A stretch of DNA of 64,000 nt, taken from positions 288,001 to 352,000 of the forward strand of contig CAWANJ010000002.1 in assembly GCA_963783385.1 (NCBI GenBank). The letters run 5' to 3'. Shown here piece after piece: positions 39,423-50,367 of this stretch. This DNA comes from an uncultured Gemmatimonadales bacterium. Lineage in GTDB: Bacteria > Gemmatimonadota > Gemmatimonadetes > Palauibacterales > Palauibacteraceae. The notes below the pieces were generated by a model that ran no database searches, had not been told where the DNA came from, and worked only from the letters and a program-made list of their open reading frames with translations. Made by a program: the position numbers and the translations under genes. Within the stretch, counting starts at the first letter, position 1. Every line of letters starts with the position of its first letter.

Positions 39423-40442
39423 TGGAGAGGTCCGTCATCACCCTCAACCGCTTCATCCTCGAGGAGGAGAGGCGGCATCCGGAGGCCACCGGAGCGTTCT
39501 CGAACGTGCTCCAGGACCTGACGCTGGCCGCCAAGCTCATCAACCGGGCCGTGAACCAGGCCGGGCTGGTCGACATCCTGGGGGAGACCGACCGGGAGAA
39601 CGTGCACGGCGAGCAGGTGCAGAAGCTGGACGAGTATGCCCACGAGGTCATCGTGGCCGCCATGGACCACGGCGGTCACCTGTGCGTCATGGGCTCCGAG
39701 GAGGCCGAGGAGATCGTCCCGATCCCGGATCGCTTCCCGGTGGGCGAGTACGTGCTCCTGTTCGATCCGCTCGACGGCAGCTCGAACATTGAGGCGAACA
39801 TCTCGATCGGGACGATCTTCTCGGTGTACCGGCGGGTCACCGATCCGGCCGTGACGAGGAACGGTACGCTGGAGGACTGCCTCCAGCCGGGGACCGACCT
39901 GGTGGCCTCGGGCTACTTCCTGTACGGCTCCTCGACCATCCTGGTGTACACAACCGGGCGGGGCGTGCACGGCTTCACCCTGGATCCCTCGATCGGGGAG
40001 TTCCTCCTCTCCCACCCGAACATCCACTTCCCCGACCCGCCGCAGAAGGTGTACGCCATCAACGAGGGTTACTTCGGACGCTGGAGCGAGGCGCAGAGGA
40101 GCCTGGTTCGGCGGCTGCGCGGCGATGCGGGCGGGGACGACGGGGACGGCTTCAAGCTCCGCTACGTCGGCTCGCTGGTGGCCGACTTCCACCGCACCCT
40201 GCTGTACGGCGGCCTGTTCATGTATCCGGCCGACAACCGCCATCCCTCCGGAAAGCTGAGGCTCCTGTACGAGGCGGGTCCGCTGGCGTTCGTGTGCGAG
40301 CAGGCGGGAGGGAAGGCCACGAACGGCGAGAAGCGCATCCTGGAGATCCGGCCCGAGGAGCTCCACCAGCGCACGCCCCTGTTCATCGGGACGGCGGAAT
40401 GGGTGGAGATGGCCGGCGAGCACCTGGCCCGCGAGGGCCTAG
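39422..40442 (+). CDS. fbp: Class 1 fructose-1,6-bisphosphatase; the natural stop is probably TAG 40440-40442, shifted out of frame by one extra base
   Basis: NVHGEQVQKLD, SEE, FDPLDGSSN, RYVGSLVADFHRTL, GKLRLLYE and HQRTP. As given, the frame reads on to 40723, into add. Confidence 0.92.
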
Positions 40443-40464
40443 CGGCCCGCGGCGCGTCGCCCCG

Positions 40465-41571
40465 TCAGGGCAGCCAGGGACGGAGGGCGCCCTCGTCCAC
40501 CCCGACCCGCTCGGCCACCCGGGGGCCCACCTCCTCCAGGAGCCGCATCTTGTCGGCCCGGTGCAGGAAGGCGCTGCGGAAGCCGTCCAGCACCATCACG
40601 CCGATCTCGGGCAGGGTGAAGCCCAGGTGCTCGTGGGCCCGCACGTACTCCCCGGTCACCGTCGTGCCGCTCATGAGCCGGTTGTCGGTGTTCAGGCTCA
40701 CCACGACCCCCGCGTCGAAGTAGCGCCGCAGGGGGTGGGCGGCGAAGCTCTCGACCGCGCGGGTCTGGACGTTGCTGGTCAGGCAGATCTCGAGCGGCAC
40801 CCGGTGGTCGGCCACGTACTGCATGAGGTCGGGGTCCTCGTGGAGCCGCGTGCCGTGCCCGATGCGGTGCGCGCCGCAGTAGTGCAGGGCCTGGTGGATG
40901 GACTCGGGGCCGTACGCCTCCCCGGCGTGGATGGTGGCGTTGCAGTTGGCGTTGAGCACCGTGTAGAAGGCGTCCCGGTGCTTCTTGGCCGGGTAGTTGT
41001 ATTCGGCGCCGGCCAGGTCGAAGCCCACCACGCCCCGCTCCTTGTAGGCCACGGTGAGGTCGGCCAGGTCGCGCGACACGTCCGGGTCCATGTTGCGGAT
41101 CCCGCACACGATGAGCCGCGACTCGATGCCGAGCGCCTCGCGGGCCCGCTCCATGCCCCGGAGCGGCGCCTCCACGGTCTCGGGCAGCGGCAGCCCCTCG
41201 CGCGTCATGAGGATGGGGGAGTAGCGGATCTCCATGTAGCGGACGTTCTCGGCGGCCGCGTCCTCGCACAGCTCGAAGGCGATGCGCTCCAGGGCGTCGG
41301 AGTGCTGCATCACCGCCAGGGTGAGCTCGAAGCGCGCCAGGTAATCCTCCAGGCTGCGCGCGTCCCGCACGTGCAGGTAGTCCACGAGCGCGCCCGGGTC
41401 GTCCGAGGGGAGCTCGACGCCCTGCTCCCGGGCCAGCTCCATGAGCGTGGCGGGGCGGAGCGAGCCGTCCAGGTGCACGTGGAGATCGGTCTTCGGGAGG
41501 GCGCGGACCACCTCTCGCACTTCCCGCACGGATTCCTCGTTCGGGTCGGGGGTCCCGCGCTCCCGGCTCAT
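40465..41571 (-). CDS. add: Adenosine deaminase
   Basis: LPKTDLHVHLDGS, GFDLAGAE, TIHAGE, RIGHG, CLTSN and LNTDN. Confidence 0.93.
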   Translation of the reverse strand: MSRERGTPDPNEESVREVREVVRALPKTDLHVHLDGSLRPATLMELAREQGVELPSDDPGALVDYLHVRDARSLEDYLARFELTLAVMQHSDALERIAFELCEDAAAENVRYMEIRYSPILMTREGLPLPETVEAPLRGMERAREALGIESRLIVCGIRNMDPDVSRDLADLTVAYKERGVVGFDLAGAEYNYPAKKHRDAFYTVLNANCNATIHAGEAYGPESIHQALHYCGAHRIGHGTRLHEDPDLMQYVADHRVPLEICLTSNVQTRAVESFAAHPLRRYFDAGVVVSLNTDNRLMSGTTVTGEYVRAHEHLGFTLPEIGVMVLDGFRSAFLHRADKMRLLEEVGPRVAERVGVDEGALRPWLP

Positions 41572-43196
41572 CGAGCGCTCGCCGGCGCGGTCGGGCAGGC
41601 GGCGGAAGCGGAGGTGCGGGCCGGCACGGCTCGCCACCGGTCCGGAGTCGGCGCCCGCACGGGCTGGGGCCGGTGCGCGAGGTAGCCGACGAGCGCGTCC
41701 AGGTCGGCGATTTCGGTCGGCGAGGCGGACCGCGCCTCCCGGAGCATCGCGAAGCCCGAGCCGCCGGCGGCCATGAAGTCGTTGACGGTCACCGTGTACA
41801 GCGAGTCGGGCCGCACGGGCCCGCGCCCGTCCACGCGGATGGACTGGATCCGGCGCCCGGCCGGGGCGGAGGGCTCGTAGCAGACCGTGAGCCCGCTGAC
41901 GTGGGCGTGGGGGCCGTCCTCCTCGAGCGCGTGCTCGAGCGCGCGGCGGAGCACCCGGCCGCTCAGCCGCAGGCGCACGAGCGCGTTGCCGAAGGGCTGG
42001 AGCTCGAACAGGTCGCCGTAGGTGACCGGACCGGCCGGGAGGCTCCTGCGGATCCCCCCGTCGTTCATGATCGCGGCCGCCGCGCCCGTGGCGCTGCGCT
42101 GGGCGTCGGCGATGAGATCGCCCAGCGCGTATTCGGCGCCGCGCGCCCCCCGGGCGAGCGGCTCGGCCAGGACCGCGACCCGCCGGTCCACGCGCCCGGC
42201 CACCCGGGATCGGAAGCGGTCGACCAGGCGGGCCACGGCCGCATCCGGACGCACCGCGCCGGGCCAGGCCGTGGTGACGACCGGAAGGCCGGCCTCGACC
42301 GTGTCCGAGCCGCGACGGGACAGACGCTCCCGCGCGAAGGCGACCCCGTTGGCGTAGGACTGGACCACGGGCCGTGCGCGGACCCGGGTCCGGATGAGGG
42401 TGTGGGTGTGCCCCGCGATCGCGTAGTCCCACCGGGAGCGAGTGGCCCGCAGCGCGTCGAGGGCCTCCCCGTGGCAGGAGCGGCCGTGGTCCCCGCAGAA
42501 GCCCCCGGCGTGCAGCAGCACGACCACGAAGTCGACGCCCCGCGACCGCAGCACGGGGACGTAGCGATCGATGGCGGCGGACAGGCTTCGGAACTCGAGG
42601 CCGGCCACGTTGGAGGGCCTGGTCGTCACCGGCGTGGAGCGGGTGGTGACGCCCACGACCCCGACCCGGACGCCGCCGCGCCGCACGACCGTCCAGGGAC
42701 GATCCCACGCCGGGTGCCGGTCCGTCCCCTTCACGTAGATGTTAGCGCCCAGGAACGGAAACGCGGCCTGGTGGACTCGCGCGACCAGGGTGTCGATCCC
42801 CCAGTCGAACTCGTGGTTGCCGAAGGCCGCCGCGTCGTAGCCCATGCTGTCGAAGGCGGCGATCGTGGACCGCCCGCCGAGGAAATTGGAGATCGGCGTC
42901 CCCTGCATGAGGTCGCCCGCGCTGAACCGGAAGGCCGCGCACGGGGAGCCGGCCTCTTCCCGGCGAAAGTACGCCTCCAGCAGGGCCGCCCCTCCCAGGG
43001 CGCGACCGTGCGCCCACGCGGGCGTCGAGGGGAGGAGATGTCCGTGCGTGTCGCTGGTGGAGAGGATCAGCGCACAGGGAGAGGGGGGAGCGGCGCCGGG
43101 CGAGGGGATGGGGACGCCGACGGGCGCCAGGAGGGGCCACGCCAGCAGGAGAGCCCCGAGGAGCATCCCGGGGCGCGGGCCGCCTTCAGCACGCAC
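41568..43196 (-). CDS. Secreted bifunctional metallophosphatase/5'-nucleotidase (UshA-like)
   Basis: SDTHG, AGDLMQG, GNHEFD, GHTH and C-terminal NDGGIR...PFGN...DFMAAGGSG; signal peptide. Confidence 0.9.
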   Translation of the reverse strand: MRAEGGPRPGMLLGALLLAWPLLAPVGVPIPSPGAAPPSPCALILSTSDTHGHLLPSTPAWAHGRALGGAALLEAYFRREEAGSPCAAFRFSAGDLMQGTPISNFLGGRSTIAAFDSMGYDAAAFGNHEFDWGIDTLVARVHQAAFPFLGANIYVKGTDRHPAWDRPWTVVRRGGVRVGVVGVTTRSTPVTTRPSNVAGLEFRSLSAAIDRYVPVLRSRGVDFVVVLLHAGGFCGDHGRSCHGEALDALRATRSRWDYAIAGHTHTLIRTRVRARPVVQSYANGVAFARERLSRRGSDTVEAGLPVVTTAWPGAVRPDAAVARLVDRFRSRVAGRVDRRVAVLAEPLARGARGAEYALGDLIADAQRSATGAAAAIMNDGGIRRSLPAGPVTYGDLFELQPFGNALVRLRLSGRVLRRALEHALEEDGPHAHVSGLTVCYEPSAPAGRRIQSIRVDGRGPVRPDSLYTVTVNDFMAAGGSGFAMLREARSASPTEIADLDALVGYLAHRPQPVRAPTPDRWRAVPARTSASAACPTAPASAR

Positions 43197-44616
43197 AGCT
43201 CTCCATCTCGTAGCCCGCCTCCCGGTCCAGGAGGGGCGCCTTGTAGTCGCCCGTCCAGCACGCCTCGCAGAAGGGTCCGTGCCCCCCGACCGCGGCGCGC
43301 ATGCCCTCCAGGGACAGGTAGCCGAGGGAGTCGACGCCCAGGTGCTCGCCGATCTCCTCGACCGTCTTCTGCGCTCCGATCAGCTCCTCGCGCGTGGGCA
43401 TGTCGATGCCGTAGTAGCACGGGTAGCGGATGGGCGGGGAGGCGATCCGGAAGTGGATCTCCCGCGCCCCCGCCTCGCGCAGGAGCGCGACGAGGCCGCG
43501 GCTCGTGGTCCCGCGGACCAGGGAGTCGTCCACGACGACGATGCGCCGATCCTCGATGAGCTCGCGGACGGGGTTGTACTTGACCCGCACCTTGAAGTCG
43601 CGGCCCGACTGGGTGGGGTGGATGAAGGTGCGGCCGACGTAGTGGTTGCGGATGAGCGCGAGCTCGAACGGCGTCCCGGACTCCTCGGCGTAGCCCAGCG
43701 CCGCGGAGTTGGAGGAGTCGGGCACGGCGAACACGCAGTCGGCCTCGACCGGGTGCTCCCGGGCCAGCTGCCGGCCGAAGGCGCGGCGGGCCCGGTCCAC
43801 GCTGCAGCCCCAGATGCGCGAGTCGGGCCGGGCGAAGTACACGAGCTCGAACAGGCACGGCGCCGGCTCGGCCGGAGGCAGGGGACGCATGCTCTCCACC
43901 CGTCCGTGGCGGATCTTGAGCACCTCGCCCGGCTCCAGGTCACGGACGTACTCGGCGCCGATGATGTCCAGGGCGCAGGTCTCGGAGGCCACGATGGCCG
44001 CCTCGCCCAGCCGGCCCAGCACCAGGGGGCGGAAGCCGCGCGAGTCGCGCGCCGCGTACAGCGTGTCCCCGACGCTCAGGGCCAGCGAAAACGCGCCCTG
44101 AATCTGGGAGAGCGCGTCGTCCACCTGGGCGCTCTCGGAGTCGCGGCGCGAGCGCGCGATCAGGTGGATCACCACCTCGGAGTCGCTGTCCGTCTGGAAG
44201 ATGGCGCCCTCGGAGGTGAGCCGGTCCCGGAGCTCGTGCTGGTTGGTGAGGTTACCGTTGTGGGCCAGGGCGAGGGGCCCGTGCCGGTAGTCCACCAGGA
44301 CCGGCTGCGCGTTGCGCAGGTCCGAGCTCCCCGCGGTGGAGTAGCGCACGTGGCCGAGCGCCATCGAGCCCGTGAGGCGCCGCATGGCGGCGTCGTCGAA
44401 CACGTCGCTCACCAGCCCCATGCCGCGGTGGGAGCGGGCCCGACCGTCGGCGTCCACGGACACGATGCCGGCGGACTCCTGGCCCCGGTGCTGGAGGGCG
44501 TACAGGCCCATGAAGGTGAGGGCCGCGGCATTGGGCGAGCCGCTCACCGCGAATACGCCACACTCGTCGTGCGGCTTGTCGTCGCCTTCGATGACGGGAA
44601 GGGATCGGTTCACCAT
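43186..44616 (-). CDS. purF: Amidophosphoribosyltransferase
   Basis: Propeptide followed by ECGVF, LQHRGQESAG, GHVRYST, VVVDDSLVRGTT and the Fe-S cysteines. Confidence 0.96.
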   Translation of the reverse strand: MVNRSLPVIEGDDKPHDECGVFAVSGSPNAAALTFMGLYALQHRGQESAGIVSVDADGRARSHRGMGLVSDVFDDAAMRRLTGSMALGHVRYSTAGSSDLRNAQPVLVDYRHGPLALAHNGNLTNQHELRDRLTSEGAIFQTDSDSEVVIHLIARSRRDSESAQVDDALSQIQGAFSLALSVGDTLYAARDSRGFRPLVLGRLGEAAIVASETCALDIIGAEYVRDLEPGEVLKIRHGRVESMRPLPPAEPAPCLFELVYFARPDSRIWGCSVDRARRAFGRQLAREHPVEADCVFAVPDSSNSAALGYAEESGTPFELALIRNHYVGRTFIHPTQSGRDFKVRVKYNPVRELIEDRRIVVVDDSLVRGTTSRGLVALLREAGAREIHFRIASPPIRYPCYYGIDMPTREELIGAQKTVEEIGEHLGVDSLGYLSLEGMRAAVGGHGPFCEACWTGDYKAPLLDREAGYEMESCAC

Positions 44617-44641
44617 GGCCTCGGGCCCGGCAGGGGTCGTC

Positions 44642-46918
44642 TCACGTGGTCAGCCCCGCTTCGTGCTCCATGCGGCGGGGAAGGGCGCGGTCGTACACGG
44701 AGGCCGCCTCGGGGGCGTCCACCACGGCGGTGCGGCCGGCGGCCGTGATGCGGATCGGACCCCCGCGGGGCCCCACCCGTCCGGCCCGGGTGGCGGCGAC
44801 GCCGTGGCGTCCGGCCAGCTCGAGCAGCGGCTCCAGGTCGCCGGGCGCACACGAGAGCGCCGCGCGCGACTGGCTCTCGCCGAACAGGAGCGCGGCGGCC
44901 GAGACGCCGTCGCCGGTCAGCTCGATCTCCACGCCCACCGGGCCTCCCTCGGCCAGGATGGCGCATTCGGTCAGGGCCACGGCCAGGCCCCCGTCCGAGA
45001 CGTCGTGCGCGGAGCGCAGGAGCCGCGCTCCGGCCGCCTCGACCAGGAAGGCCACCAGCGTGGCGGCTTCTTCGAGGTCCAGGACCGGAGGCTCCCCCGC
45101 CACCAGGCCGTGGACCGTGCGCAGGTACTCGGACCCGCCCAGCTCCTCCCGCGAGGTGCCCACCAGCACCACCTCGTCCCCCGGTGTCCGGAAGGCGGAC
45201 GGCACATGGGCGGTCACGTCGTCGAGGACGCCTACCATCCCGATCACCGGCGTCGGGTGGATGGGTCCGGCCGGCGTCTCGTTGTAGAGCGACACGTTGC
45301 CGCCCGTCACCGGCGTTCCCAGCGCCCGGCAGGCCTCGCCGATGCCGGCCACCGCCTCGCGGAGCTGGTGGTAGACGGCCGGCTTGCGCGGGCTGCCGAA
45401 GTTGAGGCAGTTGGTGACGGCCAGCGGCCGGGCTCCCGAGCAGGCCACGTTGCGGGCCGCCTCGGCGACGGCGATGGCGGCCCCGCGCCGCGGCGACAGG
45501 TAGACGTAGCGGCCGTTCCCGTCCACGCTGGCCGCGATCCCCCGTGGCGTGCCCGCCAGCCGCAGGACCGCGGCGTCCGAGCCGGGCCGGACGACGGTGT
45601 TGGTGCCCACCGTGGTGTCGTACTGCTCCCAGATCCAGCGCTTGGAGGCCACCGAGGGAGCGTCCAGGAGGGCCAGGAGGGCGTCGCGCGCCTCCTCGTC
45701 GGACCCGAGCTCCTCCGCCTCCGAAAGATCGCGGCCGCGCAGCCGGCCCACCGCCTCGTCCTCGCGCGCCTCGTAGGTGACGATCGGGGGCTCGCCCACG
45801 AGCGGTCCGAGCGGGATCTCCGCCACCACCTCCCCGTCGTGGCGCACGCGGAAGAGGCCGTCGTCGGTGACCTTCCCGATCACGGCGCTGCCCAGCTCCC
45901 ACCGCTCCAGCACCTCCCGCACCGCGTCCTCGCCGCCCGGCTCGGTGACCACGAGCATGCGCTCCTGCGACTCGGACAGGAGGATCTCGTAGGGTGTCAT
46001 CCCGGTCTCCCGGACGGGCACCCGGGCCGTGTCGATCTCGATGCCGGCGCCGGCGCGCTCGGCCATCTCGGTGGCGCTCGAGGTCAGCCCGGCCGCCCCC
46101 ATGTCCTGGATGCCCACCACCAGGTCCCGCTCGATGAGCTCGAGCGTGGCCTCCAGGAGGAGCTTCTCGGTGAACGGGTCGCCCACCTGCACCTGCGGGC
46201 GGCTGTCGGCGGTCTCCTCCCCGAGCTCCTCGGAGGCGAAGGCGGCGCCGTGGATGCCGTCGCGGCCGGTGCGCGAGCCCACCGTCATCACCACGTTGCC
46301 CGGCGCTCCGGTTCCGGCCCGCGTGAGGCGCTCGAGGCGCACGAGCCCCAGGCACATGACGTTGACCAGCGGGTTGCGCTCGTACACCGGGTCGAAGATC
46401 GTCTCGCCGCCCACGGTGGGGATGCCCACGCAGTTCCCGTAGTCGCCCACGCCGCGGACCACCCCGTCCAGCAGGTAGCGCGAGCGCGGCGAGTCGAGCG
46501 CCCCGAAGCGCAGGCTGTCGAACAGGGCGACCGGCCGGGCGCCCATGGTGAACACGTCGCGCAGGATCCCGCCCGAGCCCGTGGCGGCGCCCTGGTAGGG
46601 CTCCACGGCCGAGGGATGGTTGTGCGACTCGATTTTGAAGGCCAGGCCCCAGCCGCCGCCCACGTCCACGACCCCGGCGTTCTCGCCCGGCCCCTGCACG
46701 ACCGCCTCGCCCTCGGTGGGGAGGGTGCGGAGGAGCGGCCTGGAGCTCTTGTAGCTGCAGTGCTCCGACCACATGGCCGAGAACACGCCGAGCTCCGCGA
46801 GGGTGGGCTCGCGCCCCAGTATCTCCAGGATCCGGTCCCACTCGGCGCGGCTGAGGCCGTGCTCGGCGGCGAGCTCCGGGCCCATGGCCGGGCCGGCGGT
46901 GGCGGTGCCGGGGCTCAC
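44642..46918 (-). CDS. purL: FGAM synthase subunit PurL (small type)
   Basis: [50 protein letters not shown] and HDVSDGG. Confidence 0.96.
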   Translation of the reverse strand: MSPGTATAGPAMGPELAAEHGLSRAEWDRILEILGREPTLAELGVFSAMWSEHCSYKSSRPLLRTLPTEGEAVVQGPGENAGVVDVGGGWGLAFKIESHNHPSAVEPYQGAATGSGGILRDVFTMGARPVALFDSLRFGALDSPRSRYLLDGVVRGVGDYGNCVGIPTVGGETIFDPVYERNPLVNVMCLGLVRLERLTRAGTGAPGNVVMTVGSRTGRDGIHGAAFASEELGEETADSRPQVQVGDPFTEKLLLEATLELIERDLVVGIQDMGAAGLTSSATEMAERAGAGIEIDTARVPVRETGMTPYEILLSESQERMLVVTEPGGEDAVREVLERWELGSAVIGKVTDDGLFRVRHDGEVVAEIPLGPLVGEPPIVTYEAREDEAVGRLRGRDLSEAEELGSDEEARDALLALLDAPSVASKRWIWEQYDTTVGTNTVVRPGSDAAVLRLAGTPRGIAASVDGNGRYVYLSPRRGAAIAVAEAARNVACSGARPLAVTNCLNFGSPRKPAVYHQLREAVAGIGEACRALGTPVTGGNVSLYNETPAGPIHPTPVIGMVGVLDDVTAHVPSAFRTPGDEVVLVGTSREELGGSEYLRTVHGLVAGEPPVLDLEEAATLVAFLVEAAGARLLRSAHDVSDGGLAVALTECAILAEGGPVGVEIELTGDGVSAAALLFGESQSRAALSCAPGDLEPLLELAGRHGVAATRAGRVGPRGGPIRITAAGRTAVVDAPEAASVYDRALPRRMEHEAGLTT

Positions 46919-47616
46919 GAGACGGCCGCGGCCGTGGTGGCCAGGGCCGAGCGGAACACGCCGAGGCCGTCGTCCGAGCCCAGGATGGCGGCGTAGGCGC
47001 GGTCGGGGTGGGGCATCAGCCCCACGACGTTCCGCGCCTCGTTGCACACTCCGGCGATGGCCCGCAGCGAGCCGTTGGGGTTGGCGTCCGGCGTGGCGTT
47101 CCCCGCCGCGTCCACGTAGCGGAACACCACCCGGCCCTCCTCCTCGAGCCGATCCAGGGTCGCGGCATCGGCCACGAATCGCCCCTCGCCGTGCGACAGC
47201 GGCATGCGGAGGACCTGTCCGCGGCGGTAGGCGCCGGTGAAGGCCGTGTCGGTGCGCTCGACCGACAGGTGGACGTCGTGCGACAGGAAGCGGAGCCCGG
47301 CGTTGCGGGCCAGCGCTCCCGGAAGGAGGCCGGCCTCGCACAGGATCTGGAAGCCGTTGCAGATCCCGAGCACCGGGCCGCCCGCGCGGGCGAAGCTCTC
47401 GACCGCCTTCATGATCGGACTGAAGCGCGCGATGGCGCCGGCCCTCAGGTAGTCGCCGTAGGCGAAGCCCCCCGGCAGCAGGATGGCATCGGCGCCGCCC
47501 AGGTCCCGGTCGCGGTGCCACAGGTAGAAAGCGTCCTCTCCGAGGCCCTCCTCGACGGCGCGGTGACAGTCGGCGTCGCAGTTGGAGCCGGGGAAGCGGA
47601 CGATCGCGAACCTCAT
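46915..47616 (-). CDS. purQ: FGAM synthase glutaminase subunit PurQ
   Basis: [30 protein letters not shown] and MPHPD. Confidence 0.95.
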   Translation of the reverse strand: MRFAIVRFPGSNCDADCHRAVEEGLGEDAFYLWHRDRDLGGADAILLPGGFAYGDYLRAGAIARFSPIMKAVESFARAGGPVLGICNGFQILCEAGLLPGALARNAGLRFLSHDVHLSVERTDTAFTGAYRRGQVLRMPLSHGEGRFVADAATLDRLEEEGRVVFRYVDAAGNATPDANPNGSLRAIAGVCNEARNVVGLMPHPDRAYAAILGSDDGLGVFRSALATTAAAVS

Positions 47617-47901
47617 GCGCCGCCTCCGCCCGCCACGGCGCTGCCGGCGGCGGGCCGCACGGCGACCGCGAAGTCCTCGATCACGGGGTTGGCCAGGAGC
47701 TCCTCGCACATGCGCTGCGGCCTCGTCCCGGGCCGCGTCCGCGTCCTCGGCCTCCAGCGTCAGCCGGATGAGGCGGCCGGCCCGCACGGCCGTGACGCCT
47801 CCGTAGCCCAGCTCCCGGAGCGCCCGTCCGATCGTCTCGCCCTCGGGGTCCAGGATCCCCTGGCGGGGCGCCACCCGGATCTCCACGTCGAAGGTGTCTA
47901 T
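47613..47901 (-). CDS. purS: FGAM synthase subunit PurS, apparent +1 indel at ~47715; the start reads ATA
   Basis: [15 protein letters not shown] in one frame and [14 protein letters not shown] in the next; lies between purC and purQ. Confidence 0.88.
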
Positions 47902-48851
47902 GACGTCCCTCCTTCTTCTACTGGCTGTACGTCGGAGCCGGGGAGCTCCCGACCCGTCAGCCGGCGGTATGCGTCCAGGTACCGCTCGGTCGTGGCCCGG
48001 ACCACCTCGTCCGGCAGGTCCGGGGCCGGCGGGTTCCGGTCCCAGCGGCCCTCCTCGACGAGGCCCTCCAGATAGTCCCGCACCGGCTGCTTGTCCAGCG
48101 ACGGCTGCGTGCGACCCGGCTCCCAGGTCTCGGCCGGCCACAAGCGCGAGGAGTCCGGCGTGAGCACCTCGTCGATCAGCAGGATCTCGCCGCTCCGCAG
48201 GCTGGTTCCGAACTCGAACTTGGTGTCCGCGATCAGGATGCCCCGCTCGCGCGCCGCCGCCCCGGCGAAGCGGTACACGGCGAGGCTGAACTCGCGGAGG
48301 ATCTCGGCCGTGTTGAGCCCCAGGAGCTCCCGCATGCGCGCGAAGGTGATGTTCTCGTCGTGTCCCGATTCGGCCTTGGTGGCCGGCGTGAAGCGCGGCT
48401 CCGGGAGCTCGTCGGCTTCCCGCAGCCCCTCGGGCAGCGGCTCGCCCGCCAGGGTGCCGTGCTCGCGGTACTCCTTCCAGCCCGAGCCGGCCAGGTAGCC
48501 CCGCACCACGCACTCCACCGGGAACGGCTCGGAGCGCTCGACCAGCATGCCGCGACCGGCCCACCCGGATCGGCACGCCTCGAGCTCGGGACGCAGGCGC
48601 ACGATCCGGTCGGGGTCGGCGGACAGGCAGTGGCCGTGGACGATGTCCGCGGTCTCGTGGAACCAGTGGCGGGAGATCTGGGTCAGCACGGCGCCCTTGT
48701 GGGGGATCGGCTGCGGAAGGACGCAGTCGAAGGCGCTGATCCGGTCGCTGGCCACCATGAGCAGCGTGGCCGCGTCCACCTCGTACATCTCCCGGACCTT
48801 GCCCCTGCTGAGGAGGGGCAGGGGGAGCTCCGTCTGCCGGACGACCGCCAT
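47898..48851 (-). CDS. purC: SAICAR synthase
   Basis: [44 protein letters not shown] and DKQPVRD. Confidence 0.96.
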   Translation of the reverse strand: MAVVRQTELPLPLLSRGKVREMYEVDAATLLMVASDRISAFDCVLPQPIPHKGAVLTQISRHWFHETADIVHGHCLSADPDRIVRLRPELEACRSGWAGRGMLVERSEPFPVECVVRGYLAGSGWKEYREHGTLAGEPLPEGLREADELPEPRFTPATKAESGHDENITFARMRELLGLNTAEILREFSLAVYRFAGAAARERGILIADTKFEFGTSLRSGEILLIDEVLTPDSSRLWPAETWEPGRTQPSLDKQPVRDYLEGLVEEGRWDRNPPAPDLPDEVVRATTERYLDAYRRLTGRELPGSDVQPVEEGGTS

Positions 48852-48919
48852 CTCGCTCCTTACCTTGTCTGGGCGCGCGGGACCCCCGCGCGCGGCTGGG
48901 CCGGTGCCGCAACGGCCTT

Positions 48920-50356
48920 CTACACCCGCAGGGTCACGGTCTCGCCGGTTCCGGCGTCCGCGCCCTCGAGCAGCGGGTCGACCCGTACCCGCAGGAAGCG
49001 CTCCACCTGCTCGGGCGCGCGGCCGACCAGGCCCTCCGGCCGCGCCAGCGCCTCGAGGCGGTCCCGGTCCAGGCCGAAGGACGGGTCCGCGGCCACGCGG
49101 TCCAGGAAGTCGTTGTCGGACGCTCCCTCGTCCAGGCGGCGCCGCGCCTCCATGGCGTGGCGCCGGACCCTCTCGTGCAGCTCCTGGCGGTCGCCGCCCG
49201 CCTCGACGCCGGCGAGAAGCACCTCCTCGACGACCAGGAAGGGCAGCGCCCGCGCCAGCCGCTCGCCGATCACCGCCGGGTGGACGACGAGGCCCGCGCC
49301 CACGTTGGCCTCGAGCTGCAGGACGGCGTCCGCGCACAGGTAGGCCTCCGGGAGGGCGATGCGCCGGTTGGCGGAGTCATCCAGGGTACGCTCCATCCAC
49401 TGGACCGAAGCGGTCCACGAGGCGTCCAGCTCCAGGACGCACAGGTGACGCGCCAGGGCGCAGATGCGCTCGGAGCGCATGGGATTCCGCTTGTAGGGCA
49501 TGGCCGACGAGCCGATCTGGCGGTCCCCGAAGGGCTCCTCGACCTCCCCGAACGCCTGCAGCAAGCGGACGTCGTGTCCGAAGCGGGCCGTGCTCGACCC
49601 GATCCCCGACAGGGCGGCCAGGCACCTGTGGTCGACCTTGCGGGGGTAGGTCTGCCCCACCACGTCGTATACGCCCGGGAAGCCGAAACGCTCGGCCAGC
49701 ATCTGGTTGAGGCGGTCCACCTTCTCCCCGTCGCCCAGGAGGCGGAGGAAGCTGGCCTCGGTGCCCGTCGTGCCGCGCGCGCCCCGCAGCCTGAGATCCG
49801 CCAGGGCCCGGTCGACGGCCTCGACGTCCGAGACGAGGTCCTGGATCCACAGGCAGGCCCGCTTTCCAACCGTGGTGGGCTGGGCGGGCTGCAGGTGCGT
49901 GTAGCCGAGCGTGGGCTCGGCGGCGTGCTCACGGGCGAAGCGGGCCAGGGCACCCACCGCGGCGAGCAAGCGGCGGCGCACCAGCCGCAGCGCCTCCCGG
50001 TGCTGCAGGAGGCTCGCGTTGTCGGCCACGAAGCAGCTCGTGGCGCCGAGGTGGATGTGGCCGCGGGCCTCGGGAGCCACCTCCCCGAAGTGGTGGACGT
50101 GGGCCATGACGTCGTGGCGGAGCTCGGCCTCGATCTCGGCGACGCGCTCCAGGTCCACCCGGTCGCGCGCCGCGCGCATGGCGGCGATCGCCCGCTCGGG
50201 GACGGACACCCCGAGCTCGCGCTCGGCCTCGGCCAGGGCGATCCACAGGTCGCGCCACAGGAGGGCCTGGCGACGCGGCGAGAACACAGCGGCCATCTCG
50301 GGCGAGGCGTATCGATCGAGCAGCGGGTGCGGGTAGGCCTCGGGTCGATCGCTCAC
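48920..50356 (-). CDS. purB: Adenylosuccinate lyase
   Basis: [28 protein letters not shown] and [15 protein letters not shown]. Confidence 0.95.
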   Translation of the reverse strand: MSDRPEAYPHPLLDRYASPEMAAVFSPRRQALLWRDLWIALAEAERELGVSVPERAIAAMRAARDRVDLERVAEIEAELRHDVMAHVHHFGEVAPEARGHIHLGATSCFVADNASLLQHREALRLVRRRLLAAVGALARFAREHAAEPTLGYTHLQPAQPTTVGKRACLWIQDLVSDVEAVDRALADLRLRGARGTTGTEASFLRLLGDGEKVDRLNQMLAERFGFPGVYDVVGQTYPRKVDHRCLAALSGIGSSTARFGHDVRLLQAFGEVEEPFGDRQIGSSAMPYKRNPMRSERICALARHLCVLELDASWTASVQWMERTLDDSANRRIALPEAYLCADAVLQLEANVGAGLVVHPAVIGERLARALPFLVVEEVLLAGVEAGGDRQELHERVRRHAMEARRRLDEGASDNDFLDRVAADPSFGLDRDRLEALARPEGLVGRAPEQVERFLRVRVDPLLEGADAGTGETVTLRV

Positions 50357-50367
50357 GGTCTGTCCCC

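Noticed and set aside
36866-40723. 1285-aa ORF suggesting a giant fusion ending in FBPase
   Set aside because: It is the comEC N-terminus, then an off-frame Arg/Gly/Pro-rich shadow of comEC, then fbp. It arises from one indel and the scarcity of stops at high GC.
40443-40723. Apparent ~260-nt antisense overlap of fbp with add
   Set aside because: FBPase homology ends at ~40435 and a TAG lies one base out of frame at 40440. The extension is low-complexity shadow sequence.
46915-48912. Apparent PurS-PurQ or PurQ-PurL fusions in the ORF track
   Set aside because: Each gene has its own start with ATGA/GTGA overlaps. The fusions come from the purS indel and from open shadow frames.
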